Made by a program: the position numbers and the translations under genes
Notes under the pieces: model-generated
Seen by the model: the letters and a program-made list of their open reading frames with translations, nothing else
Told to the model about the DNA's origin: nothing
Database searches by the model: none
Part shown: piece by piece, positions 28,061 to 32,027 of the stretch
Position numbering within the stretch: the stretch's first letter is position 1
Layout: every line of letters starts with the position of its first letter
Origin: Halohasta sp.
GTDB lineage: Archaea; Halobacteriota; Halobacteria; Halobacteriales; Haloferacaceae
Length of the DNA: 32,027 nucleotides
Reading direction: 5' to 3'
NCBI GenBank assembly: GCA_046482755.1
Contig: JAWOEO010000343.1
Span: 1-32,027, forward strand

Positions 28061-28163
28061 AGTCGCCTTTCGCGGGCCGGATGTATGGCTGTTGTGCCCC
28101 GGTCGACGGCGAGTGCCGGCTCGAAAGGGTGGTTTCAAGTCGGCCGCTGGGCAAGCCCTCGGT

Positions 28164-29450
28164 ATGAATCCAGGGGACCGAATCCGTGTCACCCACGCGG
28201 GCGTCGAAAACGAGGGCGTGTTGATGCCCTCCTCGACGGCCGACCACCTCGTACTGAAACTCGACGGCGGCTACAACATCGGCATCGACCGCGACGACGC
28301 CAGCGTCGACGTACTCGAAACCAACGTGTACGACGTCGGGGACGAGGACGAGCCGGACGACGACGGCGTCTCGGAGATCGAGTTCGACGACGACCTCCCA
28401 ACGATCTCACTCATCTCGACCGGTGGGACGATCGCCTCGACGGTCGACTACCGCACCGGCGCAGTAACGGCACAGTTCACCGCCGAAGACGTGCTGCGGG
28501 CGGTCCCGGAACTCGCCGGACGCGCCAACTACCGGGGCCGGGTCGTCGCCAACATCCTCAGCGAGAACATGGATCCCTCGATCTGGCAGACCCTCGCCCG
28601 AGCGGTCCACGAGGAGATCGAGGCCGGCGCGGACGGCGTCGTCGTCATGCACGGCACCGACACGATGCAGTACTCCGCGTCGGTGCTCTCCTTCATGCTC
28701 GATACGCCCGTGCCGATCGTCTTCACCGGTAGCCAGCGATCCGCGGACCGACCCTCCTCCGATAACGTGATGAATGCCGTCTGTGCGGTCGAGGCCGCGA
28801 AACACGACTGCGCCGAGGTGCTGCTCTGCATGCACGCATCGGCCAGCGACGAGCAGTGTGCGCTCCACCGTGGGACCCGCGTCCGGAAGAACCACACCTC
28901 CAGACGGGATGCCTTCGAGACGGTCGGCAACAAGCCACTGGCCACAGTCGACTACGCCGCGGCCCGCGACGAGGGAAGCGAGGGCGCGACGGCCGCCGAC
29001 GCCTTCGCGTTCAACCGCGAGTACGCCGAACGCGGCGCGGTCGACCTCGCGCTAAACGATGATCTCGACCCCGATGTCGAACTCGTGAAGTTCACCCCCG
29101 GCATGGATCCCGCCGCGTGGGACTACCTCGACGGCAAATCCGGTGTGGTCATCGAGGGGACTGGTCTCGGCCACGTCCACACCGACCTGATTCCGCGGAT
29201 CGAGGAGTTGGTCGACGATGGGACGGTCGTCGCCATGACCAGCCAGTGTCTCGAAGGGCGGGTGTGTGATCGGGTCTACGACACCGGTCGGGACCTGCTC
29301 GATGCCGGCGTCGTCGAGGCCGGCGACACCCTCCCCGGCACAGCGAAGGTCAAACTCATGTGGGCACTGGCGAATCTCGACGACGCGGGCGAGGCGATGG
29401 GTCGCTCGCTGGCCGGCGAGATCACCGAAGAATCCCAGCCGTGGCAGTAG
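28164..29450 (+). CDS. gatD: Glu-tRNA(Gln) amidotransferase subunit D
   Basis: MNPGDRIRV...LKLDGGYNIG N-domain; STGGTIASTVDYRTGAV, HGTDT, GSQRSADRPSSD, RKNHTSRRDAF and GTGLGH. Confidence 0.97.
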   Translation: MNPGDRIRVTHAGVENEGVLMPSSTADHLVLKLDGGYNIGIDRDDASVDVLETNVYDVGDEDEPDDDGVSEIEFDDDLPTISLISTGGTIASTVDYRTGAVTAQFTAEDVLRAVPELAGRANYRGRVVANILSENMDPSIWQTLARAVHEEIEAGADGVVVMHGTDTMQYSASVLSFMLDTPVPIVFTGSQRSADRPSSDNVMNAVCAVEAAKHDCAEVLLCMHASASDEQCALHRGTRVRKNHTSRRDAFETVGNKPLATVDYAAARDEGSEGATAADAFAFNREYAERGAVDLALNDDLDPDVELVKFTPGMDPAAWDYLDGKSGVVIEGTGLGHVHTDLIPRIEELVDDGTVVAMTSQCLEGRVCDRVYDTGRDLLDAGVVEAGDTLPGTAKVKLMWALANLDDAGEAMGRSLAGEITEESQPWQ

Positions 29451-29509
29451 GCACTGCCGACTAGCCGCCGAACCACTGGGTTCTTGTTTCTCTCCGAAAA
29501 GTGGTAGCC

Positions 29510-29764
29510 ATGGTCTCCTCCGCACCGTTCATCGTCTCGGTCTTCCTCGGCCGGCCGATTTTGGCCGTCATCTATCTGATCACGATCGGTGTCGCCCTCT
29601 GGCTGTTTCGTGACGCACTCCGCCGCGGTAAGTCGGTTATCGTCGCTGCTGGATGGGCCATCGGGAGTCTCGTCTTCCCGGCAGTTGTCCACTTCGCCTA
29701 CCTGTATCTCCGGCTCAAAACCGAGGGCAGTGTAACTGAGCCACCGGTCGACGGTCCGAACTGA
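29510..29764 (+). CDS. Small membrane protein
   Basis: Two to three hydrophobic segments around WLFRDALRRG, ending YLYLR. Confidence 0.65.
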   Translation: MVSSAPFIVSVFLGRPILAVIYLITIGVALWLFRDALRRGKSVIVAAGWAIGSLVFPAVVHFAYLYLRLKTEGSVTEPPVDGPN

Positions 29765-29771
29765 CCTATAA

Positions 29772-29786
29772 GTAGTCGGCGGCTAC
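29772..29786. repeat. GTAG-N7-CTAC palindrome (GTAGtcggcggCTAC)
   Basis: At a convergent junction; 13/15 identical to CTAGtcggcgaCTAC at 6128-6142. Confidence 0.7.
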
Positions 29787-30202
29787 CGTCCATTAACCGG
29801 GAGCATCACGACCGGGGTGTCGCTTTTGGCGAGCAGCGAGGTCCGGACACCGCCGGCAAGCAGGTCGAACCACGCGCTGCCGCCGCGGGAACAGAAGACG
29901 ATCGCCGAGGCGTTCGCCGACTCGGCGGTCCCGATGATCGTCTCGGCGATCGGATCGCCACCACAGAGTTCGGTCTCGACGATCATCCCGTCGTCGTCAG
30001 CCAGCGACGTGAACCGGGCGAGGGCTTCCCGACCTCGCCGTGCTTCCTCGTCGGCTTCGTCGTCGCCGACTACGTGCATCACGAGCGGTCGACAGTCGGC
30101 CGGCGCTATGTGGTCGACCAGCGCCTCGTAGGTCGCCGCCGCGTCCTCGGCGTCGGCGATTGGGACGACCGGGGTTGTAAGTAGGTGGTCCCTACTCGGC
30201 AT
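29783..30202 (-). CDS. Universal stress protein (UspA family)
   Basis: VVPIA, MHVV, GDPIAETII, AIVFCSRG...LAGGV...PVVMLP. ATG at 30202. Confidence 0.88.
   Translation of the reverse strand: MPSRDHLLTTPVVPIADAEDAAATYEALVDHIAPADCRPLVMHVVGDDEADEEARRGREALARFTSLADDDGMIVETELCGGDPIAETIIGTAESANASAIVFCSRGGSAWFDLLAGGVRTSLLAKSDTPVVMLPVNGR
30181..30195. repeat. GTAG-N7-CTAC palindrome (GTAGgtggtccCTAC) inside the USP coding sequence
   Basis: Encoded by AGT AGG GAC CAC CTA CTT. Confidence 0.65.
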
Positions 30203-30290
30203 CTGTCTGTCCTCCCGTCGACAGCGACCGGTAGCGGTTGCTAGAGTCCATACCGAGGGTTCACTCACGACCGCCATATTTCTTTGCGAG

Positions 30291-31031
30291 TCATCCCTCG
30301 AACCCGTCGTCGACGATCGTCCGCAATCGATCGGTCGCGGCCGCGTCGAACCACAGACGGCGACGCCACCAAGGTCCCTTCCCGGAGTCGTTCGAGAGGT
30401 CGGTGACCAACCGGTTGGCGGTCGACCCGCTGTCGGACGTGCTGAGCGGGACTGCCCGGTCGAACAGCCGCGAGTCGTCGGTGCCAACCACCAGGACCTT
30501 CGCGTCGAAGGGGTCGCGCTTGCAGTGGGCGTTGGAGTCGACGCCGTGGGCCGCGAACTCGGTGAGCGACTCACAGGCCGCGGCATCGTAGACACGGTCG
30601 ACCCGGAACTCGCCGATCAGATACGCACCCCAGTCGGGGGCGACCCAGTCGACGGGTGGGCCGGCGTCGATGCCGGCTGGGTGATCGTGGCGGGCCAGCG
30701 TTGCATAAAAATACAGCGAATCGCCCGGCTCCAGTTCCGCGAGCGGCCCGGCTTTCACTCCGTGTTCGTCGCCGTAGGTGTACCGCGAGCAGGTGGGATA
30801 CTCCGCGAACTCGGGGTCGAGGTGGACTCGCCGGTCGCCGAGGGCGTCGTCGACCGAAACCGGGAGTGGATCGAGCTCGGCGAGCAGATCGCTGTAGGTT
30901 GGCACCGGTTTGGCGGTCGGCTCGCGTTCGGGGATCGGGAGATAGACGAAACGCCCATCGGGGTAAATCGGCCCGCGGACTCCCGGCAGGTTGGTGTTGG
31001 CGGCGACGTTGATCGCGATGCTTTCGGCCAC
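30291..31031 (-). CDS. Nmad3-like (nucleotide modification associated domain 3) protein
   Basis: GPIYPDGRFVYLPIPE, HLDPEF, YTYGD, LEPGDSLYFYATL and YLIGEF...NAH match my recollection of the family pattern; not HMM-verified. Confidence 0.7.
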   Translation of the reverse strand: MAESIAINVAANTNLPGVRGPIYPDGRFVYLPIPEREPTAKPVPTYSDLLAELDPLPVSVDDALGDRRVHLDPEFAEYPTCSRYTYGDEHGVKAGPLAELEPGDSLYFYATLARHDHPAGIDAGPPVDWVAPDWGAYLIGEFRVDRVYDAAACESLTEFAAHGVDSNAHCKRDPFDAKVLVVGTDDSRLFDRAVPLSTSDSGSTANRLVTDLSNDSGKGPWWRRRLWFDAAATDRLRTIVDDGFEG

Positions 31032-31032
31032 G

Positions 31033-31047
31033 GTAGGCGGTGACTAC
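31033..31047. repeat. GTAG-N7-CTAC palindrome (GTAGgcggtgaCTAC)
   Basis: Spans the 12-bp gap between the acyltransferase and Nmad3-like genes; 14/15 identical to the reverse complement of the 21538 copy. Confidence 0.7.
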
Positions 31048-31979
31048 TCGACGTTAGGCCGCTCTTGTGGCGGCTCGGCTCCCGGCGGTGATAGCGACCG
31101 CTGGAACTCGTCGAAGATCTCGATCTCGTCGTCGACCTCGAAGTCGATCTCGCGGTCGGCCTGTCGCCCGTCGAGTCGTCCGTCGCCGACCGGTTGGGCC
31201 GCCGACTCCCAGCCGGGTTTGATTTTGATGCTCTTGGCCGGCGTTCCGACGGCGACGTGGTGATCCGGTACGTCGCCTTGGACGACTGCCCGCGCGCCGA
31301 CGATGGCGTCCTCACCGATCCGGCAGCCGGCCCGGACCATCGCGTCGTAAGTCACGCGAGCGTCGTCCTCGATGATGGTGTGGTAGTTCCGCACCGACGT
31401 CTGGTCGACGAGGTCGTGGTCGTGGCTGTAGAGGTGGACGCCGTCGGAGATCGACACCCGGTTGCCGATGGTGAGTTTGCCGCGGTCGTCGAGATGGACG
31501 TCGTCGTGAACGACGGTGTTGTCGCCGATAGCGATGTTGTGACCGTAGGTGAAGGTGATCCCCTTGAAAAAGCGGCAGTTCTCGCCGCACTCCTCGAAGA
31601 GGTGATCGGCGAGCATCCGGCGGAACTGGAGGGCGAACTCGACGTTGTCGGCCATCGGCGTCGCGTCGAACTGCCGCCAGAGCCACTGGAGGTGTTTGGA
31701 TCGCTGGAACTTCTCCTCGTCCTTCTCGGCGTAGTATTCGGCTTCGACGGTCGCGTTACAGGGATCGTAGCCCTGGAGGCGAACTCTGGTCGCCGGCGAG
31801 ACGGACTGCCCGGCCTGCCATGCCTCGTAGGCTTGCCTGTCGCCGAACAGATCGATGAGAACGTCCTCGACGACCGCGCAGGTCTCTTCGTCCGAGGAGA
31901 GTCGCTGGTCGACCTCGTCAATAAACCCCCGGACCCCCGCAGCCGCATCCGCGGGCAGAGACACGTGTCGCTTCGTCAT
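31044..31979 (-). CDS. Hexapeptide-repeat (LbH) acyltransferase, maltose/sugar O-acetyltransferase-like, with a long N-terminal helical extension
   Basis: IAIGDNTVV, LTIGNRVSISDGVHLYSHDH, IGEDAIVGARAVVQGDVP and VGTPAK. TTTATATA about 25 nt upstream. Confidence 0.88.
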   Translation of the reverse strand: MTKRHVSLPADAAAGVRGFIDEVDQRLSSDEETCAVVEDVLIDLFGDRQAYEAWQAGQSVSPATRVRLQGYDPCNATVEAEYYAEKDEEKFQRSKHLQWLWRQFDATPMADNVEFALQFRRMLADHLFEECGENCRFFKGITFTYGHNIAIGDNTVVHDDVHLDDRGKLTIGNRVSISDGVHLYSHDHDLVDQTSVRNYHTIIEDDARVTYDAMVRAGCRIGEDAIVGARAVVQGDVPDHHVAVGTPAKSIKIKPGWESAAQPVGDGRLDGRQADREIDFEVDDEIEIFDEFQRSLSPPGAEPPQERPNVE

Positions 31980-32027
31980 TGTACAGGGAGAGGGCCGCGA
32001 ATATATAAAGGAATTCGGTTGCGTGTG

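Noticed and set aside
24555-31745. One-mismatch motif look-alikes in coding regions (24555 GTAG..CCAC, 25831 and 30588 GTAG..CGAC, 29504 GTAG..CTCC, 31731 GTAG..CTTC)
   Set aside because: They break the second TA core and use common codons. Several such hits are expected by chance, so they were not counted.
1-32027. Very frequent GTCGAC and CGATCG palindromes (HIP1-like?)
   Set aside because: Largely explained by Val-Asp (GTC GAC) and xxG/ATC/Gxx codon usage in an acidic, GC-rich proteome. An excess cannot be shown without a codon-aware count.
1-32027. CRISPR array, IS elements, rRNA
   Set aside because: No regularly spaced 25-40-bp repeats, no transposase-like ORF or terminal inverted repeats, and no rRNA-like sequence seen.

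Overview
A GC-rich (about two-thirds G+C by eye), gene-dense stretch of core chromosome from a halophilic archaeon (class Halobacteria). The evidence is acidic proteins, gatD, Sec61beta, rpl40e, an intron-containing elongator tRNA-Met and TATA boxes about 25-30 nt before start codons. It holds about 42 protein genes, including uvrB (5' part), pheA, hisE, pdxT, thioredoxin, maeB, gpmI, gatD, two Hsp20s, a split MgtE-like pair, a hybrid histidine kinase and an acyltransferase-Nmad3-like-USP run. I found no transposase, integrase or CRISPR array. The most unusual signal is non-genic: a 15-bp interrupted palindrome, GTAG-N7-CTAC (loose consensus GTAGnCRSYGnCTAC). By manual scan it occurs 8 times exactly, against roughly 0.3 expected from base composition, plus about 10 close variants. 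Copies lie mainly at gene 3' ends and convergent junctions. Some form pairs 21 bp apart, and some are written into coding sequence through AT-rich codons that are uncommon here. This suggests an uncharacterised iterated chromosomal site (architectural-protein binding, termination or methylation-linked). Other notable items are a 29-aa membrane microprotein absent from the ORF track, an operator-like palindrome before an orphan HTH gene, a pseudo-receiver kinase and a sequon-dense Tat lipoprotein. Family names come from recognising sequence by eye, not from database searches.
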